From NCBI GenBank assembly GCA_951406725.2, contig OX597815.1, positions 6,324,001 through 6,388,000 on the forward strand: a stretch of 64,000 nucleotides of DNA, read 5' to 3'. Below are positions 38,415 to 50,986 of the stretch, piece after piece. Made by a program: the position numbers and the translations under genes. This DNA is from Octopus vulgaris. Its lineage: Eukaryota. Every line of letters begins with the position of its first letter. Position 1 is the first letter of the stretch. Under the pieces are notes generated by a model. The model worked only from the letters and a program-made list of their open reading frames with translations, was not told where the DNA came from and made no database searches.

Positions 38415-38802
38415 TTACTCTTTTACTTGTTTCAGTCATTTGACTGCAGCCGTGCTGGAGCACCGCCTTTAGTCGAGCAACTCGACCCCGGGACTTATTC
38501 TTTTGTAAGCCCAGTACTTATTCTATCAGTCTCTTTTGCCGAACCGCTAAGTAACGGGGACATAAACACACCAGCATCTGTTGTCAAGCAATGCTAGGGG
38601 GCAAACACACACACACTTAAAATATATATATATACTTATATACGACAGGCTTCTTTCAGTTTCCGTCTACCAAATCCACTCGCAAGGCTTTGGTCGGCCC
38701 GAGGCTATAGTAGAAGACACTTGCCCAAGGTGCCACGCAGTGGGACTGAACCTGGAACCATGTGGTTGGTAAACAAGCTACTTACCACACAGCCACTCCT
38801 GC
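38415..38802 (-). mobile_element. Family-A SINE
   Basis: Collinear with the other family-A copies. Confidence 0.9.
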
Positions 38803-39050
38803 GAATAATAATGATAATAATAATCATCATCATCATCATCATTGTTTAACGTCCGCTTTCCATGCTAGCATGGGTTGGACGATTTGACTGAGGTCTGGCA
38901 AACCAGACTCCAGTCTGATCTGGCAGAGTTTCTACAGTTTGATGCCCTTCCTAATGCCAACCACTCCGTGAGTGTAGTGGGTGCTTTTACGTCCCACCGG
39001 CACGAGGGCCAGTTTGGTGGTACTGGCAACGGCCGCGCTCAAAATAATAA

Positions 39051-39416
39051 TACAGTTCTATATTTAAGAGATGAAGAATTATTTACATTATTTACATTTG
39101 ACGGATATTTGTCCTCATCTTGTTTGTTGTTAACACAACATTTCGGCTGATATACCCTCAAGCTTTCATCAGGTGTCTTGGGGAAATTTCTAACCTGGGT
39201 TCTCATTCCGATGATGATGATGATGATGATGATTATTATTATTATTATTCAGGCCTGGAATCAAACTCGGAATCTTGGCTTTAGTAGCCTGCGCTCTTAA
39301 CCACTATGCCATATGCCCGTGGGCATATGCATAACGTACATAATGTAAATAATGGCGTAGTGGTTAAGAGTGCAGGTTACTAACCCTAAGATTCCGAGTT
39401 CGATTCCAGGCCGTGA

Positions 39417-39420
<4 letters not shown>
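39051..39420. mobile_element. Same tRNA-head/hammerhead family: minus copy plus an inverted second head
   Basis: 39051-39323 is collinear with 41968-42247; a plus-strand head TGGCGTAGTGGTTAAGAG...GAGTTCGATTCCAGG follows at 39353-39420. Confidence 0.75.
39132..39177 (-). ncRNA. Hammerhead motif of the tRNA-headed family
   Basis: gacac-CTGATGA-aagcttgagggtatatcagcc-GAAA-TG-TT-gtgtt; stem II partly mutated. Confidence 0.55.
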
Positions 39421-39455
<35 letters not shown>

Positions 39456-39496
39456 TAGTAATGATGATAATAATAATAATAGTAATAATGATGATG

Positions 39497-39553
<57 letters not shown>

Positions 39554-40090
39554 CCCTGATGCAGTACTAGACAGTGGCTCTCGTGGCTTCTGATCTTAAC
39601 TGATTGGAAGTGTTATCATGTACATTGTTTTGTCTTGGTATAAAAGATGGGCTACAGCATATATTCTGCTCAATACCACAGATTTGCTTGTCAGTTGCTT
39701 GACCTTAACCAGTTGAGCATGTCCCTTAGTGGCTGATGATGTGTGCATCTCTGATCACGAGCGGAAGTAGTGGGGGAGCATCATAGCCATGTGTTGAGAA
39801 GGATTCTTTGGGGTTTGGGTAATTCACCTGTGGAAACATGGGTGGTTCTTTCAACATCCTTAAACAACCCTTATTCAGGGTTGCTGTTGTGTTGGGTTGA
39901 TTAAAGGGAGGGCGAGAAACGAAATAGGGCGAGGAGGGGGGGATTAAACAGGGAAGGAAAAATATAAACGTTTATACCGGAGTGAGTGAGGAGAGGCAAC
40001 AGTATGTATATGTGTGGGTGTCTGTGTGTGTGTGTGTGTGTGTGTGTATTATATAGTGTGTGCAATATGGTTCTGTATTAATGCAAATAT

Positions 40091-40470
40091 GGAGTGGCTG
40101 TGTGGTAAGTAGCTTGTTTACTAACCACATGGTTCTGGGTTCAGTCCCACTGCGTGGCACCTTGGGCAAGTGTCTTCTGCTATAGCCTCGGGCCAACCAA
40201 TGCCTTGTGAGTGGATTTGGTAGACGGAAACTGAAAGAAGCCCGTTGTATATATGTATATTTATATATATATATGCGTGTATGTTTGTGTGTCTGTGTTT
40301 GTCCCCCCACCATTGCTGGTGTGTTTACGTCCCCGTCACTTAGCGGTTCGGCAAAAGAAACCGATAGAATAAGTACTGGGCTTACAAAGAATAAGTCCCG
40401 GGGTCGATTTGCTCGACTAAAGGCGGTGCTCCAGCATGGCCGCAGTCAACTGACTGAAACAAGTAAAAAA
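40091..40470 (+). mobile_element. Family-A SINE
   Basis: Collinear with the other family-A copies. Confidence 0.9.
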
Positions 40471-40737
40471 GAGAGAAAGAGAAACCAAACATCAAATCTT
40501 CAAAGTACACACCTCTCTCTGTTCAACATATTTCTTTATCCTCCTCCTCCCCTCCTTTTTTTTTGTCCTTTCCTGTTTAATCAAAAGCAAATACACACCC
40601 ATTCATACACATGTGTGCGCACACATACACACACCTATGAATGCACAAACAAACCCACAAGCACGTACATATAGGCACACGCCTACACACACATACACCG
40701 CTTAGACACACACCCAGTTACACCTACACACTCTGCA

Positions 40738-41139
40738 TAGGAGTGGCTGTGTGGTAAGTAGCTTGCTTACCAACCGCATGGTTCCGGGTTCAGTCCCACT
40801 GCGTGGCACCTTGGGTAAGTGTCTTCTACTATAGCCTCGGGCCGACCAATGCCTTGTGAGTGGATTTGGTAGACGGAAACTGAAAGAAGCCCATCATATA
40901 TATGTATATATGTATATATATATGCGTGTGTGTGTTTGTGTATCTGTGTTTGTCCCCCTAGCATTGCTTGACAACCGATGCTGGTGTGTTTATGTCCCTG
41001 TCACTTAGCGGTTCGGCAAAAGAGACCGATAGAATAAGTACTGGGCTTACAAAAGAATAAGTCCCGGGGTCGAGTTGCTCGACTAAAGGCGGTGCTCCAG
41101 CATGGCCGCAGTCAAATGACTGAAACAAGTAAAAGAGTA
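40738..41139 (+). mobile_element. Family-A SINE
   Basis: Collinear with the other family-A copies. Confidence 0.9.
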
Positions 41140-41256
41140 TATATATATATATATAGTAAAATCATGTAACAGTAAAATGTAGAAGTAAAATCATGTAGCA
41201 ACACCAAATGGCGGTGCCCCAGCATGGCCACAGCTTGTGAGCTGAAACTAAATAAT

Positions 41257-41294
<38 letters not shown>

Positions 41295-41965
41295 GCACAC
41301 TACACACACGCGCGTTATAATTATATCCTTTACCCGAAGGGTTATACTAAGCCAAAAAATCGATATTTCTAACAAGACCTACCAATCCATAACACGCCAC
41401 AAAATACAGACAGGTTCCGTACTGCAGATATAAATATATTCTCGTCCAAGCTTTCAACCGGAACACCAACCAACAGGTGTCACCTTCTCCTCGTTCAACA
41501 TCTCCATCACCGCCCTCATCACCTTTGTTCGTCTCCGTTGCCAGTTTTTCCCTCCAGTTTCCTCGCACAACAAAATGTATTTTTATAACATTGGGAGGAG
41601 ATGACGGGGGGGTGGTGGAATTCTCATGGTTGAGATTTGCTTAATTATTAATATGTAATTATAGTGTGTTATGGTAACATACTATATGGCGGAGGGGACG
41701 ATGTTAGGGACTACGTGCCCCCCCTCCCACCACCACCACCACGCTTCATAGGAAACAAAAAAAAAATTTTGTTTCTTTGTATTTATTTAATTACTAGCGG
41801 TTATCGCCCGGCGTTGCTCGGGTTTGCTTCGACCCTTTAGAATTGGAATTTTTGAAAAGTAAAAATTTTGCATTATGTAGCTTTTTATTCTCTTTAAGTG
41901 AACATTTTTCTGGTTGAAATACACCGAAAAAGATACCGATAGAATAAGTAGTAGACTTACAAAGA

Positions 41966-42292
41966 GTGATACAGTTCTATATTTAGGAGATGAAGAATTA
42001 TTTACATTATTTACATTCGACGGATATTTGTCCTCATCTTGTTTGTTGTTAACACAACATTTCGGCTGATATACCCTCCAGCCTTCTTCAGGTGTCTTGG
42101 GGAAATTTCTAACCTGGGTTCTCATTCCTCAGGTATTTTTCAATGTTATTATTATTATTATTATTATTCAGGTCACTGCCTGGAATCGAACTCAGAATCT
42201 CGGGGTTAGTAGCCCGCGCTCTTAACCACTAAGCCATATGCCCGTGGGACAAATATCCATCAAATATAAATAATATAAATAATATAAATAAT
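41966..42292 (-). mobile_element. tRNA-headed, hammerhead-bearing non-autonomous element with inverted partial terminal duplication
   Basis: Minus strand order: A box TGGCTTAGTGG, B box GAGTTCGATTCC, (AAT)n, hammerhead, tail. The tail is re-duplicated in inverted orientation at 42247-42292. TSD TTACAAAGA at 41957-41965 and 42293-42301. Confidence 0.75.
42051..42096 (-). ncRNA. Hammerhead motif of the tRNA-headed family
   Basis: gacac-CTGAAGA-aGGCTGgagggtatatCAGCC-GAAA-TG-TT-gtgtt. Confidence 0.65.
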
Positions 42293-42853
42293 TTACAAAG
42301 AATAAGTCCTGGTGTTGATTTCTTCAACTAAAGGAACAAACGAAAGATTCACACACAAGACATGTTCTTTCCTCGTCAGTTATCGGCCAAAATCATAATT
42401 TCACACCTTTAACGCTAAGATTGTTCATTTTGGTGGCATCAACAAGCAAAATGCTGCAGGAAAGAAGTGAAAGAATATAAAGAATGGTGAAGAAAACAAA
42501 CAAAACATGTGTAGTTGGTAACAGATATAGAATATCCAAGTCAAATAAAGGCCACATGGCTCTGAGACAGCATGGAGAACTTCAGTATAAAATTGATATG
42601 GAAAATAATTTTGTTTAATTTAGAAAAATAATAAGACATATTTATGGTAAATATGCAAATGAGGAATTTGTTTTCTTGAATTTTTATTTTAAGGTAATAT
42701 ATATTTTTAGTTTGAAAAATTAATATTCATTATTTCATTGGTTTTTATAAACACAATGAAATTTAATGAAAGTTAAACTATAATTATTGTTATTGCGGAG
42801 ATGTACTTGCATAGCGAGTGACCTGATCTGAGATCGTGTGCTGGAACGAAAAC

Positions 42854-43125
42854 AATTGCAGCGTGGAAGGTGTTTATAAGCCATTTAAGAAACACAAAAG
42901 CCGTTCAATTCACTTCAACATATAAATTTAATTTGCCAAAATATTTTCGCCGCTTTGAGACCGAGACCTGTTCACTGAATTCTGCAGCATGGAATTTTCT
43001 CAGTGAACAGGTTGCAGTCTCAAAGCGACGAAAATATTTTGGCAAATTAAATTTAAATGTTGAAGTGACTCTAACGGTTTTGTGTGTTTCTTAAACGGCT
43101 TATAAACACCTTCCACGCTGCAATT
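42854..43125. repeat. Fold-back element, ~125-bp arms, ~20-nt loop
   Basis: AATTGCAGCGTGGAAGGTGTTTATAAGCC...CCTGTTCACTGA / TCAGTGAACAGG...GGCTTATAAACACCTTCCACGCTGCAATT. Confidence 0.9.
42993..43048 (+). ncRNA. Putative G3:C8-variant hammerhead ribozyme
   Basis: aattttctca-GTGAACA-gGTTGCagtctcaaaGCGAC-GAAA-ATAT-TT-tggcaaatt; a mirrored copy lies on the minus strand at 42930-42978. Confidence 0.55.
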
Positions 43126-43268
43126 TTATATATATATTGTATGTATGTTATATTTCTTGATACTACCAATAGTGAAAAAAGATATCCGTTATATGACGGC
43201 TAACTCTGTAGTTATTAAAATTACAAGTCGATAGGCTGTGATTTGGGGAAAAATTTGCTCCTATTTCT

Positions 43269-43687
43269 TATTTCTTTATTGCCCACAAGGGGCTAAACAT
43301 AGAAGGGACAAACAAGGACAGACAAAGGGATTAAGTCGATTACATCGACCCCAGTGCATAACTGGTACTTAATTTATCGACCCCAAAAGGATGAAAGGCA
43401 AAGTCGACCTTGGTGGAGTTTGAACTCAGAATATAACGACAGACGAAATACCTATTTCTTTACTACCCACAAGGGGCTAAACATAGAGGGGACAAACAAG
43501 GACAGACAAAGGTATTAAGTCGATTACATCGACCCCCAGTGCGTAACTGGTACTTAATTTATCGACCCCGAAAGGATGAAAGGCAAAGTTGACCTTGGCG
43601 GAATTTGAACTCAGAACGTAACGGCAGACGAAATACCGTTAAGCATTTCGCCCGGCGTGCTAACGTTTCTGCCAGCTGGCCGCCTTA
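43269..43687 (-). mobile_element. Family-B SINE, two modules
   Basis: 17-bp TSD AATTTGCTCCTATTTCT at 43252-43268 and 43688-43704. Confidence 0.9.
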
Positions 43688-43727
43688 ATTTGCTCCTATT
43701 TCTACCATGTTGTACGGTCGTCTTGTG

Positions 43728-44320
43728 CAGTGGTTCTCAACTATTTTTTCACCTATGGACACCTTTCTGTTTTAAAAAATTCTAATATATTTTTGTAATT
43801 AAATATTATTAAGAATTGGGTCAAAAATTGTTAAAATATTTTATGCAAGTAGCTTGCTAACCAACCACATGGTTCCGGGTTCAGTCCCACTGAGTGGCAT
43901 CTTGGGCAAGTGTCTTCTGCTATAGCCTTGGGCCGACCAATGCCTTGTGAGTGGATTTGGTAGACGGAGACTGAAAGAAGCCTGTCGTATATATGTATAT
44001 ATATATATGTATGTGTGTGTTTGTGTGTCTCTGTTTGCCCCCTAGCATTGCTTGACAACCGATGCTGGTGTGTTTACGTCCCCGTCACTTAGCGGTTCGG
44101 CAAAAGAGACCGATAGAATAAGTACTGGGCTTACAAAGAATAAGTCCCGGGGTCGATTTGCTCGACTAAAGGCGGTGCTCCAGCATGGCCGCAGTCAAAT
44201 GACTGAAACAAGTAAAAAGAAAGAAAAGAAAAGAAAAGAATAGTTGAAGTGTAACCAATTTATTGTACACCAATTTTAGCAACAAAGTCGTATTTGGACC
44301 CCAGGTGGGGGGAACCGCTG
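43728..44320. mobile_element. hAT-like MITE (same family as 61014) interrupted by a family-A SINE at 43848-44240
   Basis: CAGTGGTTCTCAAC ... GGACCCCAGGTGGGGGGAACCGCTG; body similar to 61014-61276. Confidence 0.55.
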
Positions 44321-45019
44321 GTGCAAGTCTCCTTCTGTGACTCGGTGGAGCAACGATGTAGAAACTTCGTTCAGAACTCGATAGGTGACATGAAACTCGC
44401 TCGTAAAGTTGATAGGTGACTTGGGTCCTTGGTAAAGCTGACAGGTGAGACCGAATGAGTCATTGGTAATCTTGAGAAAGGTGACAGGCCCCAGCTTTTC
44501 AGGTCGATACCTGACATTCGCCTATCTTTATTGAACGCCGCCGCATTGCACGCTGTGATGCAACGGAGGCCATGATCACAACGTCTGTGTTAAAGTTTAC
44601 ATAACATGGTAGACAAATTAGACACACCTATATACACATACCTGCTCGCACAAGCATATAATTATATATGCATGCATTATGTACACGTATGTATATACGT
44701 ATGCGTACTTGTGTGTGTGTGTGTATGAAGCGAATGGGATTCTCTCGTTTGCCATTTAATTTGCGATAAAATAAAAATTAAAAAATGTATTTGGTAATAA
44801 TTAGATTTGTCTGAAACAGCGGGTGGGGAAGGAAGTCCACCCGACGTTATCAGTACCGTATCTTCTGATTACGTGTGTGTATATGTCAGTATGTGTGTTG
44901 TGTGTGTATTTATATGCCTTTCTCTGTGTCTGTGTGTGTGTGTGCCCTTTTATTATTATTATTATTTTCCCCCACTTGTTCCAGTTATTAGATTGCGGCC
45001 TTTAAGAATTTTTAGTCGA

Positions 45020-45270
45020 TGACTTTTGCCGAATCGCTAAGTTATGGGGATGTAAAGACACCATCACTGGTTGTCAAGCTGTAGTGGGGGAACAAACGAA
45101 GATACAAAGACACACACACACACACACACATACGTTTATATATACGACGGGCTTCTTTCAGTTTCCGTCTACCAAATCCATTCACAAGGCTTTGGTCGGC
45201 CCGAGGGTATAGTAGTTGGACTGAACCCGGAACCATGTGGTCGGGAAGCAAATCTATCAATAATGCCTGC
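45020..45270 (-). mobile_element. Family-A SINE, partial
   Basis: GGGCTTCTTTCAGTTTCCGTCTACCAAATCC core. Confidence 0.8.
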
Positions 45271-45302
45271 CCCTTTAATGTGTGTTTGTGTGTGTGTGCA
45301 TG

Positions 45303-45348
<46 letters not shown>

Positions 45349-45518
45349 TGTTTGTATCTGTGTATGCAAACGAATGTTTCTATCGATTTTCTTTTTCTCT
45401 TTGTGGATCCTAGAAATATTGCTGACCTGCTAAATTGGATCATCACACAGCTTTCTCTCTCTCTCTCTCTTCCTCTCTTCCTCCCTTTCTCTCTTCTCTC
45501 TTTTCACAAACACACACA

Positions 45519-45564
<46 letters not shown>

Positions 45565-45888
45565 AAACTCTGGTCTCTAAGTGTCTCAATAGGCGTCAAC
45601 TTGTGAATATCGATCATCTCACATTAACAAAGTGGTTCTGTTGTTGTTATTCGTTTTGTTTAGATTATTAATCTATCAAAGTCGTACGACAGCTGCCCCT
45701 GAGCAGGAGGAGGAGGGCATTCATATAAAGCAACGTGTATGTGTGTTTGTGTGTGTGTGTGTGTTTGTAAATATATCGTTAGCGATTTGTGACGGGATGT
45801 TGACAGCCTTTGGTTTAAAACAATAGAATTATTTAAACTCTTCTATGTTTTTGAGATGCTTAGATGCCCTCATCTTGTTTGTTGTTAC

Positions 45889-45933
45889 CACAACATTTCG
45901 GCTGATGTACTCTCCAGCCTTCATCAGGTGTCC
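45889..45933 (-). ncRNA. Hammerhead motif, left arm of a fold-back element
   Basis: gacac-CTGATGA-aGGCTGgagagtacatCAGCC-GAAA-TG-TT-gtg. Confidence 0.65.
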
Positions 45934-46215
45934 TGATGGGATTTCAAACCTAACCCTTTATTAGACTAATGGAGTACTCTGTTCTCGTTTCTAAGGTATT
46001 CTATTTGCTGATGTTATTTTTTGAAGATATTATGCCCATAGACATATAGTGTAGTAAATAAGAGCTACGAACCCTCGGATTCTGGGTTCAAACCCAGGCA
46101 GGGAAGTGGAAAATAATATCTACATAAAAAATAGAATCTGCAAAAAAGAATACCTTAGGGATGAGAACAGAGTATCCCATTAGTGAAATAAAGGGTTGGG
46201 TTTGAAATTCCACCA

Positions 46216-46260
46216 GGACACCTGATGAAGGCTGGAGAGTACATCAGGCGAAATGTTGTG
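46216..46260 (+). ncRNA. Hammerhead motif, right arm of a fold-back element
   Basis: CTGATGA at 46222-46228 and GAAA at 46250-46253; one mismatch in stem II. Confidence 0.6.
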
Positions 46261-46369
46261 GTAACAACAAACAAGATGAGGGCACCTGTCCATCCATTGA
46301 CTCAGTTTTTAATTTCTGCCAATTAAATCGAAAAAATATATATTTATGTTTTGGAATTTATTTTTCTAG

Positions 46370-46730
46370 AAGTATGCTTCCAAACCACATGGTTCTGGGA
46401 TCAATCCCACTGGGACAAGTGTTTTCTACCATAGCCTCTGGGCCAAACTAAAGCCCTGTTAGTGGATTTGGTAGATGGAAACTGAAAGAAGCCTATATAC
46501 GTGTGTGTATGTGTGTGTGTCTTTGTGTCTGTGTTTGTCCCCCGCCACTGTTTTACAACCAATGTTGGTTTGTTTACATCCCGTAACTTAATGTTTCAAT
46601 GAAAGAAATTGATAGATTAAGTACCAGACTTTAAAAAGAAAAAAGTTCTGGGGTTGATTCATTTGACCAAAATACTTCAAGGCAGTGCCCCAGCATGGCC
46701 ACAGTGTAGTAACTGAAACAAATAAAAGAT
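46370..46730 (+). mobile_element. Family-A SINE, diverged
   Basis: Same core and tail with more substitutions. Confidence 0.8.
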
Positions 46731-46785
46731 GAAAAATGTGTGTGTGTGTGTGTGTGTATGTTGTATTAGCTGTATTATATCTATA

Positions 46786-46988
46786 TTTTTTTTTTTACTA
46801 CCCACAAGGGGCTAAACACAGAGTAAGTCGATTATATTGACCCCAGTGCATAACTGGTACTTATTTAATCGACCCTGAAAGGATGAAAGGTAAAGTCGAC
46901 CTCGGCGGAATTTGAACTCAGAACGTAGCGGCAGACGGATAACAGCTACGCATTTCGCCCGGCGTGCTAACGATTCTGCCAGCTCGCC
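46786..46988 (-). mobile_element. Family-B SINE, single module
   Basis: Head plus one internally deleted module; CTGTATTATATC on both flanks. Confidence 0.8.
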
Positions 46989-47832
46989 TGTATTATATCA
47001 TAAAATAAAATGCGTGTCTCATATCCAGTAACCTATTAGTAGTGCTAGATTTAGATGAAAAGAGGCCCTGGGCCTCTCTTCATTTATGAGGCACCTCTCA
47101 AAAGATTTCACAATGTCAAAGGCATTATAACATCTTGGCCAGAGCCCCCTCCTTCTTCTCTGATTTTCCGGCCTGCTAACGCTACATATAGCAATCCTAC
47201 CTTGCCCACTGCACCTCTTCCTTTCTAATCAATAGCTTTAACAAACCTCACCCAACACGTCACCATTAGTCAAGGATTCGGTTTTAGCTGAGATCCTCTT
47301 CAAAGTTCTTCTCGGTGAATTATATTTTGGAAACAAAAGCAAAACAGAAAATTGAGTTTCCCACGGTTTAAAAAGCAGGTTTCAGGGCGAACATTAACTC
47401 GTATTGTTTAGTACAAAGCTAAGTTAAGTAATCTCATTGTATTAACAACAGTATTTACAATTTAACTTATAAGAGGCGGAGGGGTTAAAAGGGGATGGGT
47501 AGAAGTAATACAAGATCTTCCACGGAGCTCATTTCTAGTTAACGGATGGCTTATGTAAACTAACGGCTAAGCATGGACTTAAGCGGTTTTGTTTAATTAG
47601 GAAATCATTGTTGCTTCATTAATTTTCTTCTTCATTGGACTGATCTCGGGGGGGGGGGTAACGACAATAAATCTCCTTTGCCCCCCTTTTCTTCAGAAAT
47701 GGAAGGCTGAACGTCAGCGACACCAGACCCTGACTGTCCAGGTGGAGACAGGGCTGCAGGAGGATCATGTGTACTGCCACACCCACTTTGACTAGTTTTA
47801 TGTTATAATATATATATATATATACGTATATA

Positions 47833-47952
<120 letters not shown>

Positions 47953-48170
47953 TAGATAGATAGATATATAGATATATATATATACATACATATATATATA
48001 TGTATATATACACACACATGTATATATGTATGTATATATTATGCATACATATATGCACACACACACATATGTATATATCCATGTGTATACACTTATGTGT
48101 ATATTCCTTTATTAGTTTCAATCATTGAACCTTGCTAAGATTTCCTTTGAGAGATTAGCCAATCATATCG

Positions 48171-48231
<61 letters not shown>

Positions 48232-48632
48232 TGTGTGTTTTATAGGTGATGGAACAAAGCCATGGTTTATCCATTAATTTGTATACCATATTGTCTGTAT
48301 CTCCTTTATTTAAGACAGTAAAGTACATCACACACACACACACACATACACACACACACGTACACACACACTCACATACACATACACCTAACTCTGTATA
48401 CACACATTTTCATTTTATGTATTCCATTGGTTCCGGCTCTCTGCCAGAATGATTTATTTTTCAGTAAACAAAACAAACCTGAGATTAAATTCCCCACAGT
48501 TGATACCCAGATTTCAGCAATCTGGGATCAAATTCTGATGAGATCAAGTTTGCCTTCCGCCCTTCCAAAGTCAGTACTTAAAAAAAATCAGCTCAGAGTT
48601 GTTGGCTGGTTTCATTACTTGAGTAAAGGACA

Positions 48633-49015
48633 GGAGGAGGCGCAATGGCCCAGTGGTTAGGTCAGCGGACTCGCGGTCGTAGGATCGCGGTTTCGATTCC
48701 CAGACCGGGCATTGTGAGTGTTTATTGAGAGAAAACACCTAAAACTCCACGAGTCTCCGGCAGGGGATGGTGGTGATCCCTGCTGTACTCTTTCACCAAA
48801 ACTTTCTCTCACTCTTACTTCCTGTTTCTGTTGTACCTGTATTTCAAAGGGCCGGCCTTGTCACTCTCTGTGTCACACTGAATATCCCCGAGAACTACGT
48901 TAAGGGTACACGTGTGTGTGGAGTGCTCAGCCACTTACACGTTAATTTCACGAGCAGGCTGTTCCATTGATTCGGATCAACTGGAACCCTCGTCGTCATA
49001 ACTGACGGAGTGCTT
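48633..49015 (+). mobile_element. Family-C SINE
   Basis: Same head; tail GAACTACGTTAAGGGTACACG...GACGGAGTGC. Confidence 0.85.
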
Positions 49016-49884
49016 CCATCCAAAAGGACAGGATTCTTGGCCTCTCTCTTTGGCTGCTCTTCACATTCTGGGCTCAAATTCCATTTTGGTGCCAATAGCT
49101 GGAGCTATTCACTTGACTGTGGGTCCACTTTTGACCAACCTGCAATCAACCAGCTTTGACAGGTTGTTGATGAGGCAGGAACAGAGTCACTGAGCAGGCA
49201 TAAGATGGATTAGTTTGAGGTAGTTGGGTTTAATGGCTGAATGGGGTTGTCATGAATCATCATCATCATCATCGTTTAACGTCCGCTTTCCATGCTAGCA
49301 TGGGTTGGACGATTTGACTGAGGACTGGAGAACCAGATGGCTGCGCCAGGCTCCAATCTTGATCTGGCAGAGTTTCTATAGCTGGATGCCCTTCCTAAAG
49401 CCAACCACTCCAAGTGTGTAGTGGGTGCTTTTTACGTGCCGCCGGCACGAGGGCCAGCCTGGCGGTACTGGCAACGGCCACGCTAGAAAATGGTGTTTTT
49501 TACGTGTCACCTTCACAGGAGTCAGTCCAGCAGCACTGGCAATGACCTCGCTCGAATGTTTTGTTCACGTGCCACCAGAACAAGTGCCAGTGAGGCGATG
49601 CTGACATACAAGGAAATCATACAAGGAAATATTGGTTATGTAGTGACTGTAAACATATTTGATGTAGGGAGCATCGAAATGATTTATAAAAATAATTGTA
49701 AAGTCGTGGAAGAGGGAAGTAACTCCAGTCATGTTCAAGTCTTATTAAACCTCCTCAACAAGGCACAGATTTTCCTCTGTACTTGCTGATGTTGCGATTT
49801 GATAATCACCAAGAAGACACACAAGAGTAGGTGTGAGAATATTCAACCTTTAGTTTACAGTGTTAATCTCAAGTGGTGGTGGCC

Positions 49885-50540
<656 letters not shown>

Positions 50541-50644
50541 CATGCATAGTACAACTGAACTTGTATATTGTTGCTATCTTCATCTCCCCCCCCCCCATAG
50601 ATAGTATCCTTATCTCACTGATGTTACAAACATTGTTACCCTCC

Positions 50645-50986
50645 TACTTGTTTCAGTCGTTTGACTGCAGCCATGCTGGAGCACTGCCCTTTAGTCGTAC
50701 AAATCGACTCCCCCACCCCTCCCCGGAACTCATTCCTTGTTAAGCCTGGTACTTATTCCGTCAGTCTCTTTTGACGAACCTCTGAGTTACGCGGCAATGT
50801 AAACAAACCAACACCGGTTGTCAAGCGATAGTGGGGGGAGGGGCAAACACAGACACACAAACACATATTATGTGTATATATACAACGGGCTTCTTTCAGT
50901 TTCCGCCTACCAAATCCACTCCCAAGACTTTGGTCGACCTGAGGCTTATAGTAGAAGACACTTGCCCAAGGTGCCACACAGTGGGA
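50645..50986 (-). mobile_element. Family-A SINE, diverged
   Basis: Same core and tail. Confidence 0.8.

Larger units (their letters stand above)
45865..46284. mobile_element. Fold-back element of a related subfamily: ~140-bp inverted arms, each with a hammerhead, around a decayed tRNA-like head
   Basis: 45865-46008 is the imperfect reverse complement of 46140-46284; the spacer contains GTGTAGT...AAGAGC...GGGTTCAAACCCAGGCAG. Confidence 0.8.

Noticed and set aside
48633-48710. tRNA genes at SINE heads (also 5718, 14292, 38345, 39353)
   Set aside because: A and B boxes are present but there is no complete cloverleaf, and each continues into a multicopy SINE body.
49216-49237. let-7-like TGAGGTAG start
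   Set aside because: Only the first ~9 nt match let-7, and no complementary arm is visible.
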